Positions 9,810-19,482 of a DNA stretch of 64,000 nt are shown in pieces. Position 1 is the first letter of the stretch. Each line of letters begins with the position of its first letter. The position numbers were made by a program, and so were the translations under genes. The notes under the pieces are model-generated. The model ran no database searches, was not told where the DNA came from, and saw only the letters and a program-made list of their open reading frames with translations. This stretch comes from Polyangiaceae bacterium (GTDB taxonomy: Bacteria; Myxococcota_A; Polyangia; Polyangiales; Polyangiaceae), in assembly GCA_044376115.1 (NCBI GenBank), contig JBILLK010000028.1, forward strand, positions 1 through 64,000, written 5' to 3'.

Positions 9810-10753
9810 AGGGGCGCTTCAAGCTGCAGGCCTCCGAGTTGCCTCAGGACCCTACGTTGCGAGCTGCGTTGGAGAAGCTCGAGGTTGGTCGCGTGCCCGA
9901 CGTCGCTGCGTTGCTCGATGCCGTCTACACGTTGGCGCTCCAGGATCAGCCGGTGGTGCTGATGGCCGGCGGTTCGGACTTCCTCGCGACCCAATCCCCC
10001 GAGACCTTGGCGAGCTGGGCCGAGCGCCCGCCGTTCGTGATCGAAATCGCCGGCCTACCCGAGCTGTGCGTGCTGCGCGAGGCGGATGGATTTCTGCAGA
10101 TCGGCGCCTGCGTGCCCTTCGAGCAGCTCGCGAAAGTAGAGCTGATCAGCCTTCATGCGCCGCTGCTCGCCGAGCTTGCGCGCAGCTTCGATCCGAAGGC
10201 CGCAGAGCGCGCCACACTCGGTGGCAACCTCGCCAAGCGCGCACCTCATGCCGATGGTCTCGCGGTGCTCAGCGCCTTGGATGCGGAGCTCGTCGTGACC
10301 GGGCGCGATGGCCCCCGTTCGTTGAGCATCGAGCAGTTCGTCACCAGCGGTGAACAAGCGGAGTCACCGCTCGATGAGCTGATCACGCGCATCGATTTGC
10401 CGCTGCCCAGCGCGCTCGAGAACGGCGTGCGTGTGAACTACTGGCGCAAAGTCGCCGACGCGAGCGGTTGGATCAGCAAGGTCGCCTTGGCTGCCTCGGC
10501 CACCAAAGTGAACGGCGAGCTCGTTCGCTGCGGGCTCGGCATGGCCTCGGTCGGCGCGCGCACGGCGCTCATGACGCGCACGCGCGAACTCTACCTTTCA
10601 ACGCCGCTTTCACGCATCCGCACACAGGCGCTCGAGAAGGCCGTCGACGCCGACATCGCCCCGCTGACCGATGCCATCTCAACCAGCGTCTATCGCGCTC
10701 ACGTAGCTCGAGCGCTCGTGGTGCAGTTTCACCAACGAGCGCTCGCTGCCTGA
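9806..10753 (+). CDS. Xanthine dehydrogenase-family FAD-binding subunit
   Basis: MAGGSD, IGA, ATLGGNL, ADGLAVLSALDA motifs; ATGA overlap with upstream gene. Confidence 0.85.
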   Translation: MKGRFKLQASELPQDPTLRAALEKLEVGRVPDVAALLDAVYTLALQDQPVVLMAGGSDFLATQSPETLASWAERPPFVIEIAGLPELCVLREADGFLQIGACVPFEQLAKVELISLHAPLLAELARSFDPKAAERATLGGNLAKRAPHADGLAVLSALDAELVVTGRDGPRSLSIEQFVTSGEQAESPLDELITRIDLPLPSALENGVRVNYWRKVADASGWISKVALAASATKVNGELVRCGLGMASVGARTALMTRTRELYLSTPLSRIRTQALEKAVDADIAPLTDAISTSVYRAHVARALVVQFHQRALAA

Positions 10754-10772
10754 CCCTAGAAGGCCCAGTCGC

Positions 10773-11396
10773 TCAAAAGCCCCAGTCGCTCCAGTCGTCC
10801 CCGCTACCGTCGTCGCCGCAATCGCAGCCCGCGTCACAGCCGCTACCCGCGTCGCAACCGGCACCACAATCGCCGCCTGCATCACAACCGCTGCCAGCGT
10901 CGCAACCGCCACCCGTATCGCAGCCGAGATCGATGCACTGGTCGAAGGCGTCGATCACGTCGGTGAAGTCGACGTTACCGAAGTCGCACTGCGATCCGCA
11001 GGCGATGATGTCCTCGATCGCTTGTTGATCGAAGTAGGTGAAGAAGTCGTTGATCGGCCCTTCGCAGTTGGCGAGACACGCGCACAAGTCGACCGAACCA
11101 TTCGGGTCACCGGGGTCGCTGCCAGGGTCACCGGGGTCGCTGCCGGGGTCGCCAGGGTCACCAGGGTCGCTGCCGGGATCGCCGGGGTCGCTGCCGGGGT
11201 CACCAGGGTCGCTGCCGTCGTCGAGCCCATCGAGCCCACCTTCAATTCCGCCGCTGTCGCCGTCCTCGGCCTCGTCGGTCGAGACAACGTTCTGCGATTT
11301 CTCCTCAGCCGATTCGTCAGGCTCGGTCGTCGGAGCGCACGCAGCAGTGGTTACAGCGAAGCAGAGCGAGCTGATGGTCTTGAGGGAGATTTTCAT
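10773..11396 (-). CDS. Acidic repeat-rich, Cys-rich lipoprotein
   Basis: TAAC lipobox-like site; GSDPGDP repeats; CDxGxG repeats. Confidence 0.65.
   Translation of the reverse strand: MKISLKTISSLCFAVTTAACAPTTEPDESAEEKSQNVVSTDEAEDGDSGGIEGGLDGLDDGSDPGDPGSDPGDPGSDPGDPGDPGSDPGDPGSDPGDPNGSVDLCACLANCEGPINDFFTYFDQQAIEDIIACGSQCDFGNVDFTDVIDAFDQCIDLGCDTGGGCDAGSGCDAGGDCGAGCDAGSGCDAGCDCGDDGSGDDWSDWGF
11103..11216 (-). repeat. Coding tandem repeat (GSDPGDP)n
   Basis: Degenerate 21-nt units within the lipoprotein CDS. Confidence 0.85.
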
Positions 11397-11420
11397 GGTG
11401 GCCTCTTGTGCTCACTCCAT

Positions 11421-11436
11421 TGCACAGGCCGGGCCA
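11421..11436 (-). promoter_or_regulatory. Putative sigma54 -24/-12 promoter
   Basis: Minus strand TGGCCCGGCCTGTGCA (GG-N10-GC) about 25 nt upstream of ATG 11396, with a GAGG SD in between. Confidence 0.55.
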
Positions 11437-11557
11437 ACGTTGACCATTGGTCAACTGGAGTCTTTCGCGGGGTTTTTGAGGCTCACCCAGCGTTGGTTGG
11501 TGACTGCAGTCGCCAACCTGATCACTCGAGTCGACACCCCCCGCTCGCGAGCAGTCT

Positions 11558-11986
11558 TCAGCGCGGAGCGCGCAGCGAGCTTATCGAGATACCGATCGGC
11601 AGGGCGCCGTAGCCGAGCACGAAGGCCAGAGCCGAAATGTCACCGCGCGAGAGGATGATGTACACGCAGGCGAACAGGCCCATCAACTTGAGCCCACCGA
11701 TCACGGCCCACGGGGCGCTGCGACCCTTCTGCGCGATGAAGGCCGCTGCGACCCGCGCGAAGATCACAAGGTTGAGCGTCGCCAAAACGCCGCCGATCGC
11801 CGTGCCCACGGCCCAAGCGGGCCCCTGCAGGATGGCGCCGAGGATCGAAAGGGCGACAGCCGCGATGCCCGTCGTCTGAATCGCGCCGGAGAGTGCGTTA
11901 TTCGTCTCCGCGGGGACTTCAGCCTCGGGCGCGCTAGCGACGACATCTGGCTTTTTTACTTCTTCGGCTGTGTCTTCAGTGTTCAT
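11558..11986 (-). CDS. atpI: ATP synthase subunit I-like membrane protein
   Basis: Four TM helices; G..LATLN...LK pattern; position between atpZ and atpB. Confidence 0.7.
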   Translation of the reverse strand: MNTEDTAEEVKKPDVVASAPEAEVPAETNNALSGAIQTTGIAAVALSILGAILQGPAWAVGTAIGGVLATLNLVIFARVAAAFIAQKGRSAPWAVIGGLKLMGLFACVYIILSRGDISALAFVLGYGALPIGISISSLRAPR

Positions 11987-12339
11987 GTTGAGCCGTCCCC
12001 GTCATCGCGATCGCGCGCTTTGCGTGCGTCTTCTTCCCAAGCCAAATCCCGCTTTCGATCGTCGCGCTCTTTCTCGGAGAGGAAGGCCGGAACCGGGTTT
12101 CCCTCTGCGCGCTCTTCGCGCGCTGTCTCCCGCCGCATCAGGCTGAGCGCACGCTGGATTGCGCGAATGGCAGCACCTACTCCGAGGCCAAAGCCGATCC
12201 ACATCAGCACGGGCTCAGTGCCGAAGCGACCATCCAAGTAGTTGCCGCCGAACAAGCCGAACAAGATCGACAGCACGATCTCGAGGCCGAGCGTGCCAAA
12301 GCCTCCCAGGCCTTTGTAGACGGCGGCGCGCTGTCTCAT
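11983..12339 (-). CDS. AtpZ/AtpI family protein (ATPase gene 1)
   Basis: LGLEIVLSILFGLFGGNYLDGRFGTEP..MWIGFGLG motif. Confidence 0.85.
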   Translation of the reverse strand: MRQRAAVYKGLGGFGTLGLEIVLSILFGLFGGNYLDGRFGTEPVLMWIGFGLGVGAAIRAIQRALSLMRRETAREERAEGNPVPAFLSEKERDDRKRDLAWEEDARKARDRDDGDGST

Positions 12340-12995
12340 CCGTCTCCAAGGACGCGCATCGCGTCGAGACGGCGAGCCTCGAGCAGAGCCTCGAGCTGTG
12401 GCAAGAGCGCGCGTGCAGCCTTGCCCCGGTGACTCAGCTTGTTCTTCTCTTCATGCGCGAGCTCGGCGTAGGTGCGGCCCACGCCTGCGACGACGAACAG
12501 CGGGTCATAACCAAAGCCGCTTTCGCCCTTCGCGCTGGTGGCGATTACGCCTTCACAGCGCCCCTCCACGACCACCGGATTGTCTCCCTCGGTGAAGGGA
12601 TCCACCATCGCGATCACGCAGCGAAAGCGTGCCGTGCGCAGGCCGTCTTCAACCTCGGCGAGCTGGGTCAAAAGCGCGGCGTTGTTCTCCGCGTCGGTGG
12701 CGGCCTCATGCGCGAAGCGCGCCGAACGAACGCCCGGCCGCCCAAACAGCGCGTCCACCTCCAGGCCCGAATCATCGGCGATCGCGATCATCTGGGTGGC
12801 CGCAGCGACAGCGCGTGCCTTGATCAGCGCGTTCTCCTCGAAGGTGGAGCCGTCTTCCACCGGCGGCGGGAAGGTCGGGAGGATCTCGCCGATGGTCATC
12901 ACCTCAATGCCGGTACCACCAAGGAGCGTGCGGAACTCCGCAACCTTTCCAAGGTTGTGACTGGCGATCACGACGGTCATCAGCGGCGGTGACAT
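12336..12995 (-). CDS. rdgB: Non-canonical purine NTP pyrophosphatase (RdgB/HAM1)
   Basis: ASHNLGKVAE, EDGSTFEENALIKA, ADDSGLEVDAL, GFGYDP, SHRGKA. Confidence 0.97.
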   Translation of the reverse strand: MSPPLMTVVIASHNLGKVAEFRTLLGGTGIEVMTIGEILPTFPPPVEDGSTFEENALIKARAVAAATQMIAIADDSGLEVDALFGRPGVRSARFAHEAATDAENNAALLTQLAEVEDGLRTARFRCVIAMVDPFTEGDNPVVVEGRCEGVIATSAKGESGFGYDPLFVVAGVGRTYAELAHEEKNKLSHRGKAARALLPQLEALLEARRLDAMRVLGDG

Positions 12996-13006
12996 GGTTC
13001 CTCCGC

Positions 13007-13777
13007 TCAGCCGAGCAACAGTGAGGCCAAGTCCACCTCGGCGCGCAGCAGCACATCCTTTTGCAGGCTGCACAACGACTTCACCGCATCCATGCCAGCG
13101 TCCACCATCTTGTCGATGTTGGCGCGAGGCACCGGCGCGCCTTCTGCAGTGCCCTGTACCTCGACGATGTTCCCCGCCGGGGTAGCCACCAAGTTCAGAT
13201 CCACGCGCGCCTTCGAATCCTCGACGTAGACGAGATCCACCGCGACGCCGTCCGGACCGTCGGAGTTGTCCAGCATGCCGACGCTGATCGCCGCGACCTG
13301 CTCGCGCAAGACCGGCTGCGTCAGCAGACCTTTGCGCTGCAACTTGGAGAGCGCGAGGGCCAACGCGATGAAGCCGCCGGTAACCGAGGCCGTGCGCGTG
13401 CCGCCGTCTGCCTCGAGCACGTCGCAGTCCACCACCAGGCTGCGCTCACCGAGCTTCGTCAGGTCCACGCTGGCTCGCAGCGCGCGTCCGATCAGCCGCT
13501 GGATCTCCTGGGTGCGGCCGCTCGGCGCCTTTCCGCGACCGTCGCGATTCTCACGCTTCTCCGGGCTCGATCGCGGGTGCATTTGGTACTCCGCGGTGAT
13601 CCAACCTTTGCCCGAACCAACCATCCACGAAGGAACGTTGGTCTCGACCGAGGCTGTGCAAAGCACCACGGTGCGCCCCGCTCGATAGAGGACCGAGCCC
13701 TCTGCGTTGCGCTGAAACCCTACTTGAACGTCAACCGCACGGTATTCGGACCAGGAGCGACCATCTGAGCGAGCCAT
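13007..13777 (-). CDS. rph: Ribonuclease PH
   Basis: GWITAEY, SGRTQEIQRLIGRALR, DCDVLEADGGTRTASVTG, EVQGTAE. Confidence 0.97.
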   Translation of the reverse strand: MARSDGRSWSEYRAVDVQVGFQRNAEGSVLYRAGRTVVLCTASVETNVPSWMVGSGKGWITAEYQMHPRSSPEKRENRDGRGKAPSGRTQEIQRLIGRALRASVDLTKLGERSLVVDCDVLEADGGTRTASVTGGFIALALALSKLQRKGLLTQPVLREQVAAISVGMLDNSDGPDGVAVDLVYVEDSKARVDLNLVATPAGNIVEVQGTAEGAPVPRANIDKMVDAGMDAVKSLCSLQKDVLLRAEVDLASLLLG

Positions 13778-13825
13778 AGCCTCGCCTAGCACGGCCGCTC
13801 CGGCCGTGGAACCTCAGCGATGCAC

Positions 13826-14962
13826 TCAGGAGGGCTTCTGGTTCGCTAGCTTGGCGAGTTCACGCTGCTGAGCGTCGATGAACTGCTTGACGCCCTTGGC
13901 GCGCTGCATCGCAAACTCTTTGACCTGCGGGTTTTGCGAGCCAGCGAGGGCATTGAGCAGCTTGGTGACCTTGTCGATCTGACGGCTCTGGAACAGCGCT
14001 TCGAAGTAGTTGTTCGCCAAGCGCACGTCGCGCGTCATCTTCGCCTCGTGCGGCTGGAGCAGCTTCACCACCGCGTCGAGATCATTCTTCTGACCGTGGA
14101 GCGCCGAGAGGGCGAGCAGCGCGAGCACGTCATCCCCGTTGAGCTCGAGCGCCTTCTTGCCGTACTCGAGAGCCTGGTCACGCGTCTCCTCTTTGGCGCC
14201 GTAGAAGGCCTGGAGAGCGACCAAAGGACGCGCGTTCTTCTTCTCGATCGCGAGCTTTTGCAGCTCAGCGATGGCGGCCTCTTCCGAGCTCGTCTCCTTG
14301 ATGTGCGTGAACAGGTAAGCCCACGAGTCCACGAGCTCCGGATCGATCTCCAGCGCCTTGTCCACGTGTTGACGCTCCGCGGCCGCGTCCCCCTTCTTCT
14401 TGTTCAGCTTGGCGAGGTGGAGCGAGGGATAGGGGCTGGTCTTGAGCAGGTTTTGTGCGCCTTTGAGCGTGCTCTCGGCTTTGTCCTGCTTGTCTTGCTG
14501 CAGCTGGCAGATCCCGAGCGCGAGCCAATCTTCCCCGGTGCCGCCCTTGGCGACGACCTTTGCGAGCACCTGCTCGGCGCGTTGGAAGCGCTCGTACTTC
14601 ATCAGCTCTTGGGCGTAGATGCGGCCGCGGTTCAGATCCTCGGGCTTGTCGACGAAGTGCTTGTCGAGCCCGGAGAGCAGGTCTTCCAAGCCGATCATCA
14701 GCGGGCGACCTTGGTCATCCTGAACTTGCACGGCAGGCCCGTTGAAGCCGAGCATTTCCCACATTTGCTCGCGGGTGCAGGCCATCGGCCCTTGCTCCAG
14801 CTTCTCCTTCATCTCGTCGGTCATCTTCTGGATGGGAAGGACGATCAGAGCATTCGGCGGGATGCCGTTCTGAAACTGCGACACCGGAGCGACAATCGCT
14901 GCTCCGCCCTGAATCTGAAGCCCTGAAAGAGCTTGCCCATTACCCGGTCCAGTTGTGGCCAT
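13826..14962 (-). CDS. Tetratricopeptide repeat protein
   Basis: Several TPR-like helical pairs (WLALGICQLQ, KALEIDP, KALELNG). Confidence 0.75.
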   Translation of the reverse strand: MATTGPGNGQALSGLQIQGGAAIVAPVSQFQNGIPPNALIVLPIQKMTDEMKEKLEQGPMACTREQMWEMLGFNGPAVQVQDDQGRPLMIGLEDLLSGLDKHFVDKPEDLNRGRIYAQELMKYERFQRAEQVLAKVVAKGGTGEDWLALGICQLQQDKQDKAESTLKGAQNLLKTSPYPSLHLAKLNKKKGDAAAERQHVDKALEIDPELVDSWAYLFTHIKETSSEEAAIAELQKLAIEKKNARPLVALQAFYGAKEETRDQALEYGKKALELNGDDVLALLALSALHGQKNDLDAVVKLLQPHEAKMTRDVRLANNYFEALFQSRQIDKVTKLLNALAGSQNPQVKEFAMQRAKGVKQFIDAQQRELAKLANQKPS

Positions 14963-15037
14963 TTCGCGCTACTCCGATGTTGAGAAGGGGTGGACCCTAG
15001 CAGCGCACCTGGGCGCCGTAAACGGCTGCGCTTGCGC

Positions 15038-17305
15038 CTACACGAGACCGGACTTGCTGCGCAGACGTTGAGCTAGGCCGGAACTGCGCGCCTCGCGCCT
15101 CACCTCGGCCAATGAGAGGCCGATGGCGCGCGGGTCCCCGACGATCACCACCAGGCGTTTTCCGCGGGTTACAGCGGTGTAAAGCAGGTTGCGGCTGAGC
15201 ATGACGAAGTGGTTCATGGTCAGCGGGATCACCACCGCCGGGTACTCACTGCCTTGGCTTTTGTGAATGCTCGTGGCGTAGGCGAGCACCAACTCCTCGA
15301 GATCGGTCTCTTGATAGATCACGTTGCGATCGTCGAATTGGACGCGCAAGGACTTGGACTCCTGCGACATGTTGACGATGAAGCCGACATCACCGTTGTA
15401 CACCTCGCGCTCGTAGTCGTTCTTGAGCTGCATCACCTTGTCGCCGAGGCGAAAGAGCCGCTGGCCGATCTTGACTGAAGGGCCCTCCGGATTGAGCGCG
15501 GCCTGCAGACGTTCATTGAGCAGAATGGTGCCGGAGGCGCCGCGATGCATGGGCGTAAGCACCTGAATGTCCCGCGCAGGGTGCAAGCCGAAGCGCTGCG
15601 GAATGCGCTTGGTCACGAGCTCGAGCAGGCCGTCGGCGGTGGCCTCGTCCCCTTTGCGTTCAACGATGTAGAACTCACCGCTCTTGCCCTCGGCCGAGGT
15701 GGGCAACATGCCGCCGTTGATCTTGTGGGCGTTCTCGACGATCAGGCTGCCCTCGGCTTGGCGGAAGATGGTGGTGAGCCGCACCGTGCGCACCACGCCC
15801 GAATCGATGATGTCGCGCAGCATGGCGCCGGGCCCGACGCTCGGCAGCTGATCCACGTCTCCCACGATCACCAGCCGCGTCTCGCGCGGGAGCGCGCAGA
15901 CCACCGCGTCCATCAACTCGAGATCCACCATCGAGATCTCGTCGAGGATGATCACGCCGGCCTCGACTGGGTTCTCCTCGTTGCGTGCGAACTCACGCGA
16001 ACGTGGGTCGAACTCGAGCAGGCGATGCACCGTGACGGCCTCTCGCCCGGTGGCCTCACTCATGCGCTTGGCCGCGCGGCCGGTGGGAGCTGCCAGCCGC
16101 GCCTTCAGCCCGGCACCGTCGAAAAGCATCAGCAGGCAGCGAACGATGGTGGTCTTACCAACGCCGGGCCCGCCGGTGATGACGACGACCTTCTCGGCGG
16201 CGGCCGCTTCAATCGCTGTGCGTTGGGCGGGCGCGAGCGAGACCTTGGTGCTGGCTTCGAAGCCGGCGATGGCCTTCTCCACCACCGCCTCGAGCTGCAC
16301 GCCGAAGGCTTTGGCCGCCACCAACGTGGCCAGGTTCTCGGCCAGCCGGCACTCGGCCTCGTACAGCTCCGGTAGATAAACGGCAGTACCGATGTCGGCG
16401 GAGAGGGAATCGAGGATGACGCGGCCGGCCTGCCCGAGTTCGGCGATCGCCCGGTCGGCGTCGTTCTCATCGATCTCGAGCATCGACGCGGCGTAGAGCG
16501 CGAGTGAGCGACGCTCTTCGAACACGTGACCCTTTTGGCTGCGCTCGTGCAGCACATGCAGCACGCCGGCTTGCGCGCGCTCCGGTGCGTTCTTCGCGAT
16601 GCCGAGCGAGCTGGCGATGCGATCCGCCGTCTTGAAGCCGACGCCCCAAACATCGAGCGCGAGGCGGTAGGGCGAGGTGGAGACGATGGCGATCGCCTTG
16701 TGACCAAAGCGTTTGTGAATGCGAATAGCCAGCGCCGGTGACGCGCCATGACTTTGCAAAAAGATCATGATCGCGCCGATCACCCGATGGTGCTCCCAGG
16801 CCTTCTGAATCTGTTCGACGCGCTTTCCGCCGAGCCCGTTCACCTCACGCAAGCGCTCCGGGTGATTGTCGAGCACGGCCAAGGTTTGATCGCCGAAGGT
16901 CTCGACGATGCGCTTGGCGAAGGCCTCGCCCACGCCGGGGACCAAGCCGGAGCCGAGGAAGCGCTCGACGCCGGCGAGCGTCGACGGCGCGATCACGAGC
17001 AGCGCCTCGGCTTTGAGCTGCGGACCTCGCTTCGGATCGATCACCCATTTGCCGGTGGCGCGCACGCGGGCTCCGGGCGGAGCTGGTGGCAGCACGCCGA
17101 CGATGGTGTTGTCCGCACGCTCGCCGTCGAGCCGCACGCGCAGCACACGAAAGCCGGTGGTCTCGCTCTCGTACGCGACCGAGGTGACCTCGCCCTCCAC
17201 CGAAACAGCCGCGCCCGGCTCCGCAGGCGTCCGCAACGCGAGCGAGACCTGCGTCCCGGGCGGTGGGGCGGGCGGGCCTCCGCGGCCTGTTCCGTGGCTG
17301 TTCAT
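15038..17305 (-). CDS. recD2: ATP-dependent RecD-like DNA helicase
   Basis: HhH region, ITGGPGVGKTT, APTGRAAKR, DEISM, GDVDQLPSVG, IHKSQGSEY, LYTAVTRGK; start uncertain. Confidence 0.95.
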   Translation of the reverse strand: MNSHGTGRGGPPAPPPGTQVSLALRTPAEPGAAVSVEGEVTSVAYESETTGFRVLRVRLDGERADNTIVGVLPPAPPGARVRATGKWVIDPKRGPQLKAEALLVIAPSTLAGVERFLGSGLVPGVGEAFAKRIVETFGDQTLAVLDNHPERLREVNGLGGKRVEQIQKAWEHHRVIGAIMIFLQSHGASPALAIRIHKRFGHKAIAIVSTSPYRLALDVWGVGFKTADRIASSLGIAKNAPERAQAGVLHVLHERSQKGHVFEERRSLALYAASMLEIDENDADRAIAELGQAGRVILDSLSADIGTAVYLPELYEAECRLAENLATLVAAKAFGVQLEAVVEKAIAGFEASTKVSLAPAQRTAIEAAAAEKVVVITGGPGVGKTTIVRCLLMLFDGAGLKARLAAPTGRAAKRMSEATGREAVTVHRLLEFDPRSREFARNEENPVEAGVIILDEISMVDLELMDAVVCALPRETRLVIVGDVDQLPSVGPGAMLRDIIDSGVVRTVRLTTIFRQAEGSLIVENAHKINGGMLPTSAEGKSGEFYIVERKGDEATADGLLELVTKRIPQRFGLHPARDIQVLTPMHRGASGTILLNERLQAALNPEGPSVKIGQRLFRLGDKVMQLKNDYEREVYNGDVGFIVNMSQESKSLRVQFDDRNVIYQETDLEELVLAYATSIHKSQGSEYPAVVIPLTMNHFVMLSRNLLYTAVTRGKRLVVIVGDPRAIGLSLAEVRREARSSGLAQRLRSKSGLV

Positions 17306-17517
17306 CCGTGCGGGTGACGCTACCCCGCTGGCCGAGTGTTGCCTACCCCAGCCGAAAGAATCGAGGAACGAGCTCGTCGCAGTTGTCACCCGAGCTAATC
17401 GGCCACGCTCTCTGCGAGTTGCGTCGCTCGCGTCGATTTGCTGTCCACGTTGGTCGCGAACCTTCGAATTCCTCTTTGAAGAAGGCGGACTCGCTGTGCC
17501 GCCCGAAAGGACTCGCC

Positions 17518-19122
17518 ATGTGGAATGTGAATAGACTCGAAGGTTCGGCTTTGGCCTCGTTCGTTGCGATTCTTGCTCTCGCGGCCTGCGGTGACAGTGG
17601 GTCCTCCGCGACCGGCGGTGGTGGAGAGGCGAGCGGCGGCTCCGCGAACGGTGGTTCAACGACAGACGGTGGCAACAACGAAGGAGGCAACGGTGGAGAG
17701 GCCGGCCAAGGTGGCATCGGCCAAGGCGGTATGGGCGGTGAAGGCGCGCAAGGCGGCATGGGCGAAGGCGGCATGGGTGGTGAGGGTGGAGCACCGCCGC
17801 CCGATCCCAACTGCACGCCGGTGGAAAACGGCGAAATCGCCGATGAATGCGGCCTGTTCGTGAATGCTGCGGTGCAATCGGGGGGGCGTGGCAGCAAGCT
17901 CGCGCCGTTCAACAACCTGACCGAGGCCGCCGCCGCCGCACGCCCCGGAACGCGCATCTACGTTTGTCTCGAACCGCTCACCCAGCCGGAGACCGTCAGC
18001 ACCGACGTCGAAATCTACGGTGGCATGGATTGCATCAACTTCACTTGGACGGCCGCCGAGCGATCACTGATGGCCGTGTGCGAGCCCGGTCTAAACGGCT
18101 GCGCAGCCAACATCACCGTGCCGCTCACGATCGACAACGCCGAGGTGCGTCTCGAGCGCTTCGACATCTTCGCCCCGAACGCGATCGTCGCGGGTGAATC
18201 GTCGATCGGCATCATCGCGCAGTTCGCCAACCTGGAGATCGTGGATAGCAGCGTTACGGCTGGCAACGGCGCAGCTGGCGCAACGGGGAGCAATGGGATG
18301 GCGGGAGCCAATGGGGGCAATGGGGTGCTTGGTAATCTTTTGTCTGGCAACACTTTTGGCAGCAGCTCAACCGGCGGCGCTAGCACCTGCGGTGTCAGCG
18401 GCGGCGCGGGCGGCTATTGGCTGCTCAACTTCGGAAACCCCGCCGAGGGACTTGTCGCGCAGAACAACGCAGGAACAAACGGCTTCGTAAATGGTGGGGC
18501 GGGGACGAACTGCGCCAACGGCTTGAACGGAGTCACCTTGGGAACGGCAGGTGGCTCCGGCGCACCTGCCGTAGGGCTCGGAACAATCTCCTCGACCGGA
18601 TTTGTTGGCGTGTCGGGTCAACCAGGCAGCACGGGCGGAGCGGGTGGCGGTGGCGGCGGCGGCGGTAGGATGCACTACCAGTCGGCTTCGCCAGTGCGCT
18701 ACGCCGAAGGCGGAAGCGGCGGCGCCGGTGGCTGTGGTGGTGACCCCGGCCTGGGTGGAGGATATGGGGGTTCCAGCTTCGCGATCCTCTCGTCCTCGAG
18801 CGCAATCACCACGAACCTAGCTTCGCTGATCACCGGCAACGCCGGCGCAGGCGGTGTGGGTGGGGTTGGTGGCCCCGGGGGGCTCGGTGGGGACGGGGCG
18901 GTAACTGAGAATGCGGTCTACTCCGCATGTCGGGGTGGAGACGGCCGAGACGGCGGGCCTGGTGGCGCTGGCGGCGCTGGCGCTGGTGGTCACTCCGCAG
19001 GCATCGCCTTCTTCGGCAATGCGCCCACGCTGATGAACACCCCCGTAACGCTCGGCGCAGCAGGCGTTGGTCCGGGCGCGGCCTCGGACGGGCTCGCTGA
19101 AACCACGCTCGACTTCAACTGA
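17518..19122 (+). CDS. PGRS-like Gly-rich lipoprotein
   Basis: LAAC lipobox; Gly-rich linker; ECGLFV...PF...IYVC domain; GGGGGGG/GGSGGAGGCGG repeats. Confidence 0.8.
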   Translation: MWNVNRLEGSALASFVAILALAACGDSGSSATGGGGEASGGSANGGSTTDGGNNEGGNGGEAGQGGIGQGGMGGEGAQGGMGEGGMGGEGGAPPPDPNCTPVENGEIADECGLFVNAAVQSGGRGSKLAPFNNLTEAAAAARPGTRIYVCLEPLTQPETVSTDVEIYGGMDCINFTWTAAERSLMAVCEPGLNGCAANITVPLTIDNAEVRLERFDIFAPNAIVAGESSIGIIAQFANLEIVDSSVTAGNGAAGATGSNGMAGANGGNGVLGNLLSGNTFGSSSTGGASTCGVSGGAGGYWLLNFGNPAEGLVAQNNAGTNGFVNGGAGTNCANGLNGVTLGTAGGSGAPAVGLGTISSTGFVGVSGQPGSTGGAGGGGGGGGRMHYQSASPVRYAEGGSGGAGGCGGDPGLGGGYGGSSFAILSSSSAITTNLASLITGNAGAGGVGGVGGPGGLGGDGAVTENAVYSACRGGDGRDGGPGGAGGAGAGGHSAGIAFFGNAPTLMNTPVTLGAAGVGPGAASDGLAETTLDFN

Positions 19123-19143
19123 TCGCCGCGAAACCAAGGTACG

Positions 19144-19164
19144 GGCGGTCGACAATCGACCGCC
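19144..19164 (+). terminator. Hairpin downstream of PGRS-like gene
   Basis: GGCGGTCGA-CAA-TCGACCGCC perfect 9-bp stem without U tract. Confidence 0.4.
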
Positions 19165-19181
19165 GACTGGGCCCGTCAACT

Positions 19182-19405
19182 CGTCCCATATCGTCCGCTC
19201 GCCCTGAACGAACCGGCGTTATGGGACGCCCAACGTTGCTCCCAGCACACGCCCCGTCCCATATCGCGCGCTCGCCCCGAACGAACCGCCGCTATGGGAC
19301 GTCAGCACACGCAACAACGCCCTCGAACGAGGCGCACGCAGGCCAAGGATCCGCCACTCGTCCCATATCGCTCGCTCGCCCTGAACGAACCGGCGTTATG
19401 GGACG
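19182..19405. repeat. Three 47-bp palindromic REP-like intergenic repeats
   Basis: Units 19182-19228, 19255-19301, 19359-19405, each CGTCCCATA...TATGGGACG. Confidence 0.9.
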
Positions 19406-19482
19406 CCCAACGTTGCTCACGGCCCGCGACGCAACTCGGCTCTCAGCTTGACGAAGGCTGACGTCGCGATTGAACTCGCGTC

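Noticed and set aside
19182..19405. CRISPR array
   Set aside because: Only three units, gaps of 26 and 57 nt, gap sequence partly repeated, no cas genes in the window.
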